DNA of 62,563 nucleotides, counting the filler, from Asterionella formosa (Eukaryota), in NCBI GenBank assembly GCA_002256025.1. It is 20 parts of 20 records of this genome, joined end to end, with 100 filler letters (N's around TTAATTAATTAA, not from the genome) between each part and the next. Parts side by side here need not be neighbours in the genome. Positions count along the whole stretch, not along the records: positions 9,430 to 12,470 come from NKIB01014544.1; positions 12,571 to 15,609 come from NKIB01014545.1; positions 15,710 to 18,746 come from NKIB01014546.1; positions 18,847 to 21,882 come from NKIB01014548.1; positions 21,983 to 25,017 come from NKIB01014549.1; 15 more parts are not named here. One strand, written 5' to 3'. Below the pieces are notes generated by a model. It searched no databases and was not told the origin of the DNA. It saw only the letters and a program-made list of their open reading frames with translations. The stretch's first letter is position 1. Each line of letters begins with the position of its first letter. Positions 11,966-23,854 of this stretch are shown here, one piece after another. The position numbers and the translations under genes were made by a program.

Positions 11966-12343
11966 CTAAGCCGCGTATTACGTGAAGTGACCATCACGTA
12001 AATAAGCCTAGTTGATTTTGAATGCATCACATGAATTAGTTGAATACATCAAAATACGTAGTTGAACATGTCTATATATTATCTGAATACATCACGTTAA
12101 ATATTTGATCAAAGTATCATGCATGCATTCCTGATCATCACTATATTATGTGATCACCTTCACATAATTATTTGAAATACTTCACATAATTATTTGAAAT
12201 ACTTCACATAATTATTTGAAATACTTCACATAATTATTTGAAATACTTCACATAATTATTTGAAATACTTCACATAATTATTTGAAATCCTTCACGTAAT
12301 TCTGTAATTTCGTTCACATAATTGTAGAATAAAGTTCACTTAG
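11966..12343 (+). mobile_element. Non-autonomous element with subterminal IRs, hairpins and an internal 22-bp minisatellite (DINE-1/Helentron-like)
   Basis: Second copy at 34529-34723 in a different flank; sub-TIR ATTACGTGAAG (11977) / CTTCACGTAAT (12290); ends CTAAG...CTTAG. Confidence 0.8.
12158..12340 (+). repeat. 22-bp tandem repeat CTTCACATAATTATTTGAAATA, 6 near-perfect copies plus 2-3 degenerate
   Basis: Read directly; no unique spacers. Confidence 0.97.
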
Positions 12344-13178
12344 CTAGCATCCTTATGATTGTGATACTGTACAACCTGATCAACAAGGGTTCCAGTGATG
12401 CTTTGGCTCAAGTTTTGTCCGGATGGGGGAATGAAAGAGACTGGTTGATTATTGTTTGCTTCTCTTTGCANNNNNNNNNNNNNNNNNNNNNNNNNNNNNN
12501 NNNNNNNNNNNNNNTTAATTAATTAANNNNNNNNNNNNNNNNNNNNNNNNNNNNNNNNNNNNNNNNNNNNCTTTGATGGGCTTAATTTCATTTTCTTCGA
12601 TATCAATGATTGTTCGCTTCGCGGCTTCTAGGTCTGCAGCAGACATGATGGCGTTTTATGTAGTACGATGAGAGTGTAAAAGATGATGGGTTATGTACAC
12701 ATGTATAAATGTGTGTAGGTGTGTAAATAAATATCTGAAGCTAGAGACATGCAATGAGCAGGAGAACAGAGCAGCCAGAATGTATGTACCGGTAGCAACC
12801 ACAATATGTAGTAGCGGTCAAACAATGATGTGCGATAAAAAGCAACATCCTTACCTGGCGGCTGGCTGATGTTAACAGTGGTCACCGCGTGGGCTGGATG
12901 CACGAGAGTCGAACGGCGGAGGATGAAGATGACGAGGAGTTTTTCTGTGGCCTGGCTGCTGGAAGAAGAAGCTACTACCTGTTACCGGTACCTGGTACCA
13001 GGTACCAGGTACCTGGTACCCTGAACACCCTGGTATTGGAGTACTGCAAGGGCACTTGCGGTATTTGTGCTGAAACTAATAGGTTAGCTATCTTTATCCC
13101 ATATTAAATTGTTTATTTAAGCAAAATGACCGCAACTTGCTGGTACATAGCCGTTTTTTGCTGTGATTGTTGTGAGTG

Positions 13179-14565
13179 CCAGGAAGGTAGCCCACGTTTT
13201 ATGCGCGTTTTCATGTAATAACTTCATTTCTTATGCGCACTGTTTCAGTTTCGACTTACTCCAAATGATTTGTTCTGTGCCTGCTGGATGGGATAGGCCA
13301 GCTTTTGATGGAAATAATATTCCACAAGATATTTACGAAAACGTTACCAGTACTCTTATTGACCAATGATGATTTGCAAAGTCAGTCTCTGAACCTGGTG
13401 ACTCAGATTTGATGACTGATGAACCTGTTCAGCAAACAGTCTTCTAGCTTCGGATTACAAATAGGAATCATCTCTTTCTACATTTAGAATTTGCTGACAA
13501 TGAACAGAATTTGCGAAAAAGAATAGATTTTTCTGAATGACCCTAGTGCCTATGAAGTATTACTATAGTACATGAACAGACACAACCACCACTACCCCCT
13601 GATAGCCTTGCAAAACCTATGAACTTATGTATCATTATATCTATATAAACATGATCACAGTCATTATCATGCCTGATGCAACAGCCTACCAGGGTACCGC
13701 TTTATTTGCAATATCATACATATCATGGTGGGATACATGATGTTCCCAAAGAATTGTAGCCCTTGTGGATGCTAGTATATAATTAGTTAGCCTAGATATT
13801 GCGATTCTTCTTTCTATGTATAAAAGATGACAGTGTAGTCGTTGTAAGCAGCTGCAGAATACTGCATCATGTCGTTTCAGCCTTGACCATGACGAAAACA
13901 ATAAATATCGCAATAAAAAATGAGAATGACGCTTTGCTATTTGGAACATATATTAAGCAAGACATAGGAAATACAATCAAAAAGGAATTATTTTAATAAC
14001 ACTTATGTTGACAACGTAAACGGTAAGTCGCCGATGGCGCATATTTTCATTTAATTTATAGAGGCGGAATTCAGAACAACAGTGATACAAACAGATTCGA
14101 CACTTTCACAGTATGCAATACTCTACAGTACAATAATCTGTAGTTCGAAGCAAATTTTGTTTGATTCCTTTATTGAATTAAAATATCAATAAATAGTTGA
14201 TTGATATTTTCAAAATGACTCTTTTGTTTATGATTACTCATCCAGTTGGTGATTAGTGCATAAAACTAGAAATCTGCTGAAAACGATTTGAATTTGCCAA
14301 CAACGACTAGAAATTAGGGTGAGCCATATAAGCAAACTGTTCTTCCAGTTGCTGAATACCATCACCATTACCAGTAATAGTAGGTGAACACAATTTCGGT
14401 GAGCAGAGCACAACTTGAATTTAATGAATGATAATTTAACATTGTAGAAAGTTATCAAAGAGGAATGGAAAGTCAGCCTATCTCTAGTAGGGATGGGATG
14501 AGTCATGGGGAGTGAATCGAAACTGAATAAGTGCGCATAAAACGTGTGCTACTGGGCCTTCTTGG
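13179..14565 (+). mobile_element. ~1.4-kb non-autonomous TIR element, copy 1
   Basis: Segmented terminal IRs (GGAAGG..CACGTTTTATGCGC..TTCAGTTTCGA / TCGAAACTGAA..GCGCATAAAACGTG..CCTTC); colinear with 22376-23854. Confidence 0.8.
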
Positions 14566-14639
14566 TGAAAGCTCCCTCCTACCAGGTACTTGTGCCTAGA
14601 CACCACCTGGTACTCCCTCTGTCCAATATTAGTTGTGTC

Positions 14640-14821
14640 GATGATTCAAACTTTTTTGGGGCCATTTAGATTCCTCCGATTTTCTACGTTTTAATTGCCC
14701 TATTGTGCGGCTTGCCCTAAGCTATAGATCCATGCATGTAATAAATATATTTAGAAAGATTAAAATTGGCAACTGCATTTCAAAAAAATGAGTTTGTGCT
14801 TTTTTGATTTTCACTTATGCC
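14640..14821 (-). repeat. Dispersed ~190-bp repeat homologous to 29567-29750
   Basis: Shared blocks TAAGTGAAAATC, AGTTGCCAATTTTAAT, CATGGATCT, GGGCAATT, GGAATC in reverse orientation. Confidence 0.7.
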
Positions 14822-15709
14822 TATCTCTCACTCAAGCAACATGCAGATGCATGAGGACCCATTTTTCTTCGAACCACCTATTCTTAACATACACAAAGAG
14901 TAGGATATAACAGTAGAGCAATGGCAACTTAACTTTGGGTGCGAGTTGCGCAACTGCAAAAGATGCAAAGGAAGAAAATGATGATGTGCACGCTTTGATC
15001 ATCAGAACCATTGAATATACGGCTATGTGGTCTATGTAACTGTAACAGCCGTAGAAAGTGTATGAAATGACTGTTATTCTCTTCAAATTATAATTACGAT
15101 AGTGATTGGTGTTATTCCGTTTCCCGCAAATATTTGATTGGCCAGCCGTACATCGTTTTTACTAGTGTGGCACCGGTACTCCGGAGTAAAACTTTGCTTA
15201 CCTGTATGTTTGTACACGGTGGCAGGCAGGTTGTCAGAGCAATGTAGAGTCATAACCGGTAAATACTGGCAATACCGGTAGGCACTTTGCCTGTGCTATC
15301 CTACGTAGCTACATGCAAGCACAACTACCAGTCAAAGATAGGCAGTACTCCCATCAGATGCACACCGTCGATCTAGTCGGTGATTTTCTGTATACTCCAC
15401 TTACTGGCACAAGCAGATTGTTTTCTTCTCTCCATTTTCTTTGCGATTATGGTAAGTTTAGGTACGTTCGAGAAGACTACCAGGTGCAGTGATAGGCGTA
15501 ACAAGCAGATATATTACAGGACACGAGCAATGGATCCTGATAGAGTTTTACAAATAGTGTCTAAAGGTGGAAATGTTCGGCTTGTCATCCATTTTTGCGT
15601 ACTTTTTATNNNNNNNNNNNNNNNNNNNNNNNNNNNNNNNNNNNNNNNNNNNNTTAATTAATTAANNNNNNNNNNNNNNNNNNNNNNNNNNNNNNNNNNN
15701 NNNNNNNNN

Positions 15710-16072
15710 CAATCTCTGTTGGAAGTGTGCCATCGAAAGTATTGTACCTCAACTCTAGACCAGTAAGACTTGTCAAAAGTCCAATTCTGTTGGAAGTGTG
15801 CCATTGAAAGAATTGTACCTCAACTCTAGACCAGCGAGACTTGTCAAGAGTCCAATCTCTGTTGGAAGTGTGCCAGTGAAAGTAGTGGAGGACAAATTTA
15901 GATAAATGAGACTTGTCAAGAGTCCAATCTCTGTGGGAAGTGTGCTATTGAAAGTAGTGAGGGACAAATCTAGATAATTGAGACTTGTCAAGAGTCCAAA
16001 GTACTCTGTGGGAAGTATACCAGTGAGACTTGTCAAGAGTTCAGTACCCGTAGGTGAGGGTGTTTCAACCAA
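15710..16072 (-). pseudogene. 24-aa LRR (receptor-like type) fragment with a frameshift
   Basis: 72-bp tandem units LPTEIGLLTSLxxLxLxxNxFxGT; a 1-bp loss near 15785 gives the stop at 15773 while the repeats continue. Confidence 0.8.
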
Positions 16073-16280
16073 TGATGGTTTAGATTTTGTGAGCTGAATG
16101 GGAGTTGCGATGAAGGAATGCAGGCCTTTCTGTAAAGAGCTTGAATGCTACACTGGTCAATTGCGTGGCCCCAGATACAACGACCAATTCAGTGCCAAAC
16201 ATAACCATACAGGTATCTGACAAATGCTTCTCCTCCTCCTCAAATTGATGTTTTCCAAGATACCTTCCGTATTTATCACC

Positions 16281-17858
16281 TCACTCTTTGAGCTTGGGAA
16301 GCTTGGACAACTTTGCCCTATTAACAACCTTTTGCCATGTCTCTTTTTTAACTTGAGCAATGGACAGAAATGACGTTACTTTTGTTTTGCTATGATTATA
16401 AATGGAGATTTCCGGCTGATCCTGTTCTTCGGACCTTCTCACCTGTTCCTCTATCTGAAAGAATATATTGGCCGCATCTTGTGCTCCAAGATCCACCAAG
16501 ATTTCCAAAACGGTCCAGTTAGGTATTGGTTCTTGATTCAAATCGAGGAGTGGGAGAGTGTTGCTTCGATCAAAATCATTGGTGGCGAGCACCCAAAAGA
16601 AAAAGCCCAGCCGCTCTGGAACCAAGAAGAAACGGCTCCGCCTCTCTGAAACTTTCTCAGCTTGGGGTGTGTCTAGCATGCACAATTGCTTGAGGTCGCC
16701 AACGTCAGTGAGAGATGCACACAAAAGCCGCAAAACCTTATACCAAATTTCAATAAGACTTGACAGTTTCTCTTGCAACTCGTACTGTTCGTAATTGCGA
16801 TCTCCAACATCAAGGGTTGCATATTTCTTTATCGATAAAAGGAGCCTGGAAACACAATATGTAAATGGACTTAAACTCGTTTCATTATCAAGAGTGTTAG
16901 TCGCAACTGGGTCTTTCTCGATCAAAATACGGACGACCTCAAAATCAGGATAATCTCCTTGTTGCAAAGCGAGAAGAAGAGGAGACTGCAGGTTTGGAGT
17001 GCCATAGTTTGCAACTGAATAATCTGGGTATTTTATTATGATCTGCTCAATCTCTGGAGCTTTTTCACCTCGAAAAATTGCCAAATGAAGTGGAATAAAG
17101 GGCATTTTCATGGAGTTAATGGCCTCGGGATATTTGTCCACAATAGCTTGGATGGATTCTAGTGACACTCGCTTTTCCCCTCCTAGACCACAGTCAAGAG
17201 GAGTCTCATCATTGTTGGCTTTTATTGTCACCGCTTCAGGGCAAGCTTTTAAAAGGGCATTTATAATTTCCACTGGTGCCCGGACTTTCATGCCAAAGTG
17301 CAACAGAGTGTTTCCATGGCGATCTTGCACCTTTGCAGCTTCAGGACAATTTTTCAACCGGGCTTTAATATCATCCACCCCGATATGGGCTGTTTCCCCC
17401 CAGATCAGGGCTGCTGCTAGATCCCTGAAACATTTAAAAACATTATCATCAATGTTATCCGGTTTGGGAACGTGCTTGCTTATCTCAACTGTTCTTTGAA
17501 TTTTATTAAGTAAGCTATCACCAATTGAATTCCATCCGAGATCAATAGTAGTCAAGACAGTATTGACCTTGAGAGCCACTGCAATGGCCTTGGCTCCGTC
17601 AACACCAATTGAATTATGTCGGAGATGAAGTTTAGTCAAGACAGTATTGACCTTGAGAGCCTCTGCAATGGCCTTGGCTCCGTCATCAGCAATTGAATTA
17701 TCATTGAGATGAAGTGTAGTCAAGACAGTATTGTCCTTGAGAGCCTCTGCAATGGCCTTGGCTCCGTCATCACCAATTAAATTATATCGGAGATAAAGTT
17801 CAGTCAAACTTGGATCATTCGCTTTCAACCGTTTGACATCTTCTTCCCATCTAGGCAT
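16281..17858 (-). CDS. RI/NLRC3-like 28-aa LRR plus ankyrin-like repeat protein
   Basis: LKANDPSLTELYL, 84-bp tandem repeats NSIGxDGAKAIAEALKxNTVLTxLxL, then ankyrin-like GNTLLHFG, ETPLDCG, IPLHLAI, SPLLLAL; start MPRWEE assumed. Confidence 0.85.
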   Translation of the reverse strand: MPRWEEDVKRLKANDPSLTELYLRYNLIGDDGAKAIAEALKDNTVLTTLHLNDNSIADDGAKAIAEALKVNTVLTKLHLRHNSIGVDGAKAIAVALKVNTVLTTIDLGWNSIGDSLLNKIQRTVEISKHVPKPDNIDDNVFKCFRDLAAALIWGETAHIGVDDIKARLKNCPEAAKVQDRHGNTLLHFGMKVRAPVEIINALLKACPEAVTIKANNDETPLDCGLGGEKRVSLESIQAIVDKYPEAINSMKMPFIPLHLAIFRGEKAPEIEQIIIKYPDYSVANYGTPNLQSPLLLALQQGDYPDFEVVRILIEKDPVATNTLDNETSLSPFTYCVSRLLLSIKKYATLDVGDRNYEQYELQEKLSSLIEIWYKVLRLLCASLTDVGDLKQLCMLDTPQAEKVSERRSRFFLVPERLGFFFWVLATNDFDRSNTLPLLDLNQEPIPNWTVLEILVDLGAQDAANIFFQIEEQVRRSEEQDQPEISIYNHSKTKVTSFLSIAQVKKETWQKVVNRAKLSKLPKLKE

Positions 17859-18009
17859 TGTCAATGTCGTTGTCTGTACGTTCAGGTACAGCGCAGTCTG
17901 GGCGCCAGTATAAATAGCCGGTACAAATACATTGTAAACACAGTCCACAGCTACTTGGTACGGGTGTATTGTTGTTACATTGGGGTACATACATGTTGTA
18001 CATAATGGT

Positions 18010-18746
18010 ATACCTAATACAACATAGGACTAACTTCCAGTCTATATCAAGATTTAGGGAACCTCTCGTCTATCAATATTGTTTGATGCAGTTTTTGGGT
18101 TCATGGTAAGAACAGAAACTCTGAGGAGCTGGTTATGAAAGGAGAACATTTACAAATGGATTTCAATTCTTGCCAAGTCCACAACTCCAGAAGGTATAAT
18201 GAAAATTGTTCCATTGAGGAAGCAATATTTGTTTGTCATGCATAGTAAAACAAGGAGACAAGATTTGTGTAGAAAAATATGCACTGTAAGCCACCGCTAT
18301 GCAACAATCTTAATGACTTTAAAAAAATTAGATCTTCATGGTTTTATACACTCCTGAATCGAAACTGATTTCTTATTCGTAGAAAAGAGTGCATCGTGTA
18401 ACATACACTTCGTACTTGCATCAGGTTTCGATTGTTATATTACTTGAATATTTTTTAGTCGGAAGATGGAGTAAAATAACGGTGGCTTACAGTTTTTAAG
18501 TGGTTCCTAATACAACATAGGAGTATCTACCAGTCTATATCAAGATTTAGGGAACCTCTCATCTATCAAGATGTTTGATGCAGTTTTTGGGTTCATGGTA
18601 AGAACAGAAACTCGGAGGAGCTGGTTAAGAAAGGAGAACATTTACAAATGGATTTCAATTCTTGCCAAGTCCGCAACCCCAGAAGGTATAATGAAAATTG
18701 TTCCATTGAGGAAGCAATATTTGTTTGTCATGCATACTAGTAAAAC
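18010..18746 (+). repeat. ~240-bp direct repeat (18010-18250 and 18505-18746) flanking a MITE
   Basis: CCTAATACAACATAGGA...GTTTGTCATGCATA occurs twice with high identity. Confidence 0.9.
18282..18494. mobile_element. ~212-bp MITE with CACTG-type (EnSpm/CACTA-like) termini
   Basis: 14-bp perfect IR ACTGTAAGCCACCG / CGGTGGCTTACAGT. Confidence 0.7.
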
Positions 18747-18846
18747 NNNNNNNNNNNNNNNNNNNNNNNNNNNNNNNNNNNNNNNNNNNNTTAATTAATT
18801 AANNNNNNNNNNNNNNNNNNNNNNNNNNNNNNNNNNNNNNNNNNNN

Positions 18847-21800
18847 TTCACATATTTGGTCATGTCCACCCTCAACACTCCTGGAATAGAGTAATCTAGC
18901 GTCATAGCCAAATAATCATGCTTCTTTCCACGCATGACCTTGACTTCACCAATTTCGTCAGAAGCGTATTTCTTTTTGAGCCATTCCAAAAATTGATCAT
19001 TCACTTTGCTGTCCACGTGACTTGATTTCAAATCGTCTACGTGCCAAGTAACTGTGTGCTGTTTGCCATTAACAATGCGATTTGCAACACATGGATCATA
19101 TGGGTTTACCTTGAATCCAATTGACTCAATATCCTTCCGAAATTTCTTGTAATATAATAATGATGACTGTAACATGCCATATAATGCCTTGATCATCCTA
19201 ACATATAGGACCTTGTTGTTCCCTTCATAAACAACATATTTTTCATAAGTCTCGGGGCTGAGTTCTGTCAACATATTGACAAGCAAACCTCTAATCTTCA
19301 TAATGATTCGCTCCCCTTTTTCTTTCTCATCGATATCCACTTGCACAAATGCATTGGGTATATCTGCAGTCATAACATCGCGATTTTGCTTCGCATCAAT
19401 TGTTGCTGTTATCATAACAGATTCAGTCATGGTAGTTGGACTAGCTGCTTCATCTCTTTCCATGTATTCACGTTGCAAACTGCCATTGGCACATGCTCTG
19501 CCTTTAATGCTCTTGTCTCTCTTTTCAACCAAAAAAATTGGACTTTCCATTGCACGTCGCTTTTCGATATCAGTTAGGTCTTCAATCCTAATCGGTTCAA
19601 ATACAACTCTATCATGTAGTTGTTTCATTTCTTTATATGCAGCGTCTCTTCCTTTCTGGCCAAATTTCTTGAGGCCTTTCCTTAAGCTGTATGACTGAAC
19701 AAAGTGAAATGCTTCTTTATCGATAGACATCTCATTCATATAACACATTGTCTTTGCGATCACTTTCGCATTATCAGTCGTGTATTCTTCTCGACAGTGT
19801 GCTTGGGTATGCAAATGATTTTGGACCATAGTCAGTTTTGATGGTGGTCTTGAGACTCTTCCAGACCTTGTAGTTCTAACATTTGGGTCTGAGTCATCCT
19901 GAGTGCTTGGATTGACTTCTAACATTGCCTCTTCATTTTCAGTTTCATTTGCTGGCTCTTCATCCTCATCTTGGATATCATCTGCATTCATTTCGATATT
20001 ATTCTCATTGTTGCCCTCGTCAGGTTCAGGGTCATCCTCTTGAGTATTGTCATTTAATTCGAGCTGTTCTGCTTCATATATTTCATCCGGAGTCATTTCG
20101 TCATAGTCTTCTTCTCCGAGAATTTCATCATTGCTTTCGTTGTCACTAGCATCTTGATCTTCATAATCTTCATCTTGTGCATCTTCAAATGCTTCATTAT
20201 CATAATCCACTCCTGCAATCCAAGCACTATCATAAAATAGTTGCCCCGTTCGATTTGCTATCTTGAGACCATCTGGCATATTTTCCTGCACAGCAAGGGC
20301 GTGTACTTGATTCATGATTGCTGGGGTAAGTGGTAGAGGAGTAATTGTTCGTCTAGTGATCAATGAATTCGTAGGTAGGTGTAACAATTCATGACCTCCT
20401 TGCACATTGTCATTGTAGCGTAGAAAAATGCAATCTAGGCTGCGAGGTGCATTTGTGTTTGAAAACACAGGTTCTTCATGTGCTTGGACATAAGTGCCAA
20501 ATGTATACTGGCAATGTCAAGCATAGTCCAGGTTTCGTTGATGTAGAATCATACGAGGACTGTAATACGGGGATATCCCGTTCTTTGCCGGAAAGAAATT
20601 CAGTTTCCTTGCAGATTCTGTCACTAGAATCTTAATCATCAGTCGCGGCAAATGTTTGAAAGGTAATCGATGATAAGCTGCGCGCACGCGTTCTTTAATC
20701 ACTCGATTATTTCGCTCCGCTTCGGGAACATGTTCTTGTGGGTTTGCGTAGTTCATAGTGACTTGAAATTCATTGGAAATTTGTTCCATCAAAGGTCGAA
20801 ACTCGTTGTCACAGTGGATTGTTGTAATTTTAAATCCTCCGGTATTATAAACACGGAATACCTGAATCAAAGCATCTCGATAGACTTCAGCTGTCTGTTT
20901 CTTGACCCATTGCGCTGTCCTATACATAATGTTTCGAGAAATTGTTGTGAGAAATGATTGTCCATTGACTTTCATTCCATCCATGCAAAGAGTCACTTCA
21001 CGTTGAGCTTGGATAAGCTCCTTAGGAATCTCGATGTAGTCGTTCACGACTGGCAGCGGCTTGCGACGAGTTGTCTTGCCTTTTAGTGTTCCGATGTCAG
21101 GTCCAAAAATTTTCTCTGCAATTTTGATATCATCGGTAGTCACTGGATTATTGTTGATCGTATTCATACGAATTATTGCCTTGAAATCATTAATTGATGG
21201 TGTACCCAAGGCATGAAATAGATCATGAGCTTGCTTAGCTCTCTGAAATTGACGTTCAGTGTAAAATGTTTTGTTTTCTTCAAGTGTATTTAACATTTGA
21301 GCATTCTCCGCTCTAATTCTTGTAGTTGGCTTGAAAACATATAAGTTCATCCCAGAGTCATAGGTAATTCTGTACCTATCTGCCATTTCGGCATAACTGA
21401 AGATGTTTGTGATAGCCTTTTCATTAAACCATACTTCTCCCCATTCTGGAAGATCAGCCTTCATATTAGTTACCATGGATCCACCATTTGTGGCCAGGTG
21501 CATGCTTCCGTTGGTTGACATTCGAATGTTATTAACCATTTTTGGATTGCAAAAGACTGTGACACTTGATTGATTATCCAATAGTATCCAGTCACGCATC
21601 TCAGATGCTTGGTAAAATTGTAGTTTCATATGAGCTCCCGTCCATCCAAATTGATTGGCATTTGCTTGTTGTGAAGCTTGTGATGACGGCGGGTTGTTGG
21701 AATTAACAGAGGTAACTGTACTCGTGTCGGATGTATTAGTAGCCTGTGCCTGTGCATGGCTTTGGGCCTTGTTGATAGCCCATTCCTCTTTGGGTTTATT

Positions 21801-21882
21801 CTTGTCTCGGCACGAAGGAGATTTGTGACCTGCTTTTCCGCAGCAGTAACATTTTCCTTCTAACTGTGCAAACGATAAGTTC
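18847..21882 (-). mobile_element. Ty1/Copia (CoDi-type) pol: zinc knuckle, protease, integrase, RT; defective copy
   Basis: CYCCGKAGHKSPSC, WILLDNQS, IHCDNEF, HVPEAERNNR, DIPNAFVQ, KALYGMLQS, WHVDDLK; TGA at 20517-20519 and a 60-bp in-frame deletion at ~21354 versus the 43915-46941 copy. Confidence 0.96.
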
Positions 21883-22375
21883 NNNNNNNNNNNNNNNNNN
21901 NNNNNNNNNNNNNNNNNNNNNNNNNNTTAATTAATTAANNNNNNNNNNNNNNNNNNNNNNNNNNNNNNNNNNNNNNNNNNNNATGATGGCAACACCAAGT
22001 CTACAGCATAAATTTTATGATGTGTTCAAAGTAAACATCGAATTTGAACTTGAAAAACATGCATGATTGCTTTTTGTTAACCGACAGGTAGTTCCCAGCA
22101 GCGATTTAAAAAATATAACGGTTTGCAGCAGCCGGCCGTATAAAACGGCTGGACACAATTTTTAAACTTCAGATAATTAGGAAAAAAAGGTTCCGATGAA
22201 TTGTAATTTTGGGTTAAAAATACATAATGACTACTGTTTTAGTTCAATCAAATGGACTCTCCTTGAAGCAAAATTTTGCATAAGCAAACTAAAATTTTAC
22301 TCAAAAGAGACAAACATAGTCCTTACTTCATTTGTACATAATGCCTACATCACTACGGAAGGAAATTCATTTACC

Positions 22376-23854
22376 GTTCCTTGGAAGGTCCGGTAGTGCA
22401 CGTTTTATTCGCAACTTTTCAGTTTCGACGCACTCCCAATGAATCATCTCATGCCTGCCGGACGGGATAGGCCAGCTTGCCATGAAAATAATATTTCTAA
22501 AGTCATTTAGGAAAACGTTACTCTTTTTGACCAAGGCCATTTGCAGAGTCAGTCTCTGAACACGACTCGGATTTGCTGACTGATGAACGGGTTAAGCAAA
22601 CCGTATTCTAGCTTCGGAAACCATTTTGGAATCCTACCTTTCTAGGTTTAGAACTTGCTGACAATGACTAGAATTTGCTGGCTATGACTAGGTTTTTCTG
22701 GCAATTACAAAAATTTGCTGACTACAACTAGAACTTGCTCACTGCGATTAAAACTTCCTGACAGCGACTAGAATTTGCTGACAACGACTAGAACTTGCGA
22801 ATAAGAATACAGGTAGATTTTTTATGACCCTTTTCCCTATGAAGTAAATAAGTAAACAAACACAGTCAATACCCCTGATTGCCTTGCCAACGCTATACAT
22901 AAGCATTTACAACGTCATATCTATATATATTGTCACAGTCATTATCACGCCAGATGTCACAGCCTAATGGGGTACCGCTATACTATTTGCAATATCATAC
23001 ATATATCACATCCCATATATATAGTAATCCGGCTACATAGGATACCGGTATATATTTTCAGGGTACCCGAGGTCCTTTTAGAAACTAGTATATAATTATT
23101 TCGCTCAGGTGTTGCGATTTTTTTCTATATATAAATCGCTAGAGTGAGTTTGTGCGCGGCTGGAGAATCCTTCATCATGCCGTCTCCGCCTTGACCATGT
23201 CGAAAAAATGAATTTCTCCATGGAAAATGAAAACGACGCTATGCTATCTGAAAAATATATCTAACACAACATAGATATTACAATCATAAAAAAATTGGAA
23301 TAACACTAATACTGACAACGAAAATTGAAGTTAACGATGGCGCATTGCTTCATGTAGTTTGGATGATCCACAATTCAAACAACGAAGTTATGAACAGATT
23401 TGACACTTTTACAGTACGCAGTACGCTACACTACTGTAATCTGTAGGTCGAATGAAATTTTGTTTGATTCTCTATTTAAGTAATATCGATTAATAGTCCA
23501 TTGACATTTTCTAAATGACTCTTTATTTTATGATTGCTGATCCAGCTGATGACTACATACGACTACTAGAACTTGCTGACAAAAATTAGAATTTGCTGAC
23601 AGCAACGAGAATTTGCTGACTACGACTAGTAACTGCTGACTATGACTTGTTTCTTGATTTATGAATTCCATTAGCAAACCGTCATCCATTTGCTGAATAC
23701 CATTACCAGTAGGAGTAGATTAATACGATTTCGATTATCAGAAGACGACTTTATTACTTAAGAGAGTTTGGAATGAAGAAAAGCCAGCAGTCTATCTCGC
23801 CCGGCAGGGAGTGCGTCGAAACTGAAAACGTGTGCTACCAGACCTTCCAGGTAC
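22376..23854 (+). mobile_element. ~1.5-kb non-autonomous TIR element, copy 2
   Basis: IRs GGAAGGTCCGGTAG..CACGTTTT..TTTTCAGTTTCGACGCACTCCC..CCTGCCGG / CCGGCAGGGAGTGCGTCGAAACTGAAAACGTG..CTACCAGACCTTCC. Confidence 0.85.
22649..22800 (+). repeat. Degenerate 20-bp minisatellite (TAGAATTTGCTGACAACGAC-like), ~8 units; second array at ~23565-23650
   Basis: Period-20 repeats read directly. Confidence 0.85.

Larger units (their letters stand above)
11761..12470 (-). pseudogene. Probable pogo/DDE transposase C-terminal remnant interrupted by the 11966-12343 insertion
   Basis: Removing the insert joins ...QNLSQSITGTLVDQVVQYHNHKDAR to CRNGINLYKLACQRKETA...YTAGLHVAAG in one frame; family call from recalled resemblance only. 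Confidence 0.5.

Noticed and set aside
12158..12340. 22-bp array as a CRISPR array
   Set aside because: Units are contiguous with no unique spacers, no cas genes are present, and the context is a eukaryotic TE
11963..12343. Fanzor/IS200-IS605-type element (shared CAT at the left junction)
   Set aside because: No TnpB/Fanzor or Y1 transposase ORF seen in the window; architecture fits a HINE-like element better
12571..12650. Minus-strand gene start MSAADLEAAKRTIIDIEENEIKPIK (cullin-like?)
   Set aside because: Only ~25 codons before the contig end; cannot be assigned
22575..22625. CTGATGA as a hammerhead ribozyme core (also ~13416)
   Set aside because: No properly placed GAAA after stem II and no closing stems
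22649..22800. 20-bp array as CRISPR or iterons
   Set aside because: Head-to-tail degenerate minisatellite inside a TIR element
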